From the NCBI GenBank assembly GCA_044892525.1, contig CM097885.1, positions 51,462,001-51,526,000 of the forward strand: 64,000 bases of DNA, read 5' to 3'. Below, piece by piece: positions 63,261 through 64,000 of this stretch. Position 1 is the stretch's first letter. Each line of letters opens with the position of its first letter. A program made the position numbers and the translations under genes. Below the pieces are notes generated by a model, which made no database searches, had not been told where the DNA came from, and saw nothing but the letters and a program-made list of their open reading frames with translations. Source of the DNA: Schmidtea polychroa. Lineage: Eukaryota.

Positions 63261-63509
63261 CAGTGGTGGCCAACCCAAATCAATCGACGGGCCAAATTTT
63301 CGGAAAAATACTATCACGGGTCACAATAAAATCATTTAAATAAATATAACTTGTTTTTACGATTCAAGTAAACTTAGAATCAATTTTTAAAATTAAAAAC
63401 ATGCTTAATTCGAATATGAATTCTAAAAAAGACAATTATTGATTTGATGTTTAAAGTTGTGTCCGGGCCACATCAAAACGCTTAGCGGGCCACCGGTTGG
63501 CCATCGCTG
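63261..63509 (+). mobile_element. hAT-type MITE family A, copy 3
   Basis: Same TIRs and internal sequence; TSD CTGTAGCG/CTGTAGTG. Confidence 0.95.
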
Positions 63510-64000
63510 CTGTAGTGCATATGACTTGGTCAGCAAACTTGTTAAATTTTACAAATTACAACGAAATTAATGAAAATTGTAAAATTACATAGCCCAAAAT
63601 TACAAAAGAATTTCCAATATATTTCAACTAAATACCACAAAATTTGGCTATATGTGATTTCATCTATTAGTGTGACCTTGAAATTTAATAATATTAAGTT
63701 TTCATTTGATAGTGTCAATTTCTAATTTAAATTTCATTTAAATTTGATTATGTTGATTTTATTTTTTAAAATTAATAATTTAGTTCTGAATAAGTAATAA
63801 ACCATTAATTAAAATAAAATTAAGCTTTACTCAAACTTTAAGTTTAAATGTTTAATAATAATAAAAATATAGGTTCAGTCCCCTTGTTAGGGAATCCTCT
63901 TGTTCGGAAATCCCTTTGTTAGGCAATCCTCTTGCTAGGAAAAAATTTTTTCAAAATTTATTCTATTTTAATAAAATTTTATTTCTATAGATTTAATTAA

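Overview
AT-rich eukaryotic (invertebrate) genomic DNA dominated by mobile elements. The composition and (AAT)n/(AT)n microsatellites suggest a flatworm such as a planarian, but this is inference only. The main object is a >12.4 kb minus-strand Ty3/gypsy LTR retroelement (5' LTR 11337-12383, tRNA-Trp PBS) that runs off the left edge. Its layout is unusual: Gag (4 CCHC knuckles) - unknown/AT-hook region - chuvirus-like glycoprotein - PR-RT-RH-IN (catalytic core deleted) - a second, FN3-like type I membrane protein. All of this appears to have been one polyprotein, now broken by in-frame stops and one frameshift. A further stop-free frame of 691 codons (1-2073, absent from the ORF track) follows and carries a catalytically degenerate REX4/ISG20-like DEDDh exonuclease domain. 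The window also contains a two-exon tincar-like host gene, an intronless double-RING gene, Polinton/adintovirus remnants (penton fragments and a polB with a spliced leader, flanked by inverted AT-rich repeat arrays), a Penelope remnant, several hairpin elements with minimal hammerhead ribozymes (including a U3-A8 variant family), hAT and piggyBac MITEs with clear TSDs, and decayed gypsy, BEL and hAT copies. All family assignments come from motif recognition by eye; no searches were run.
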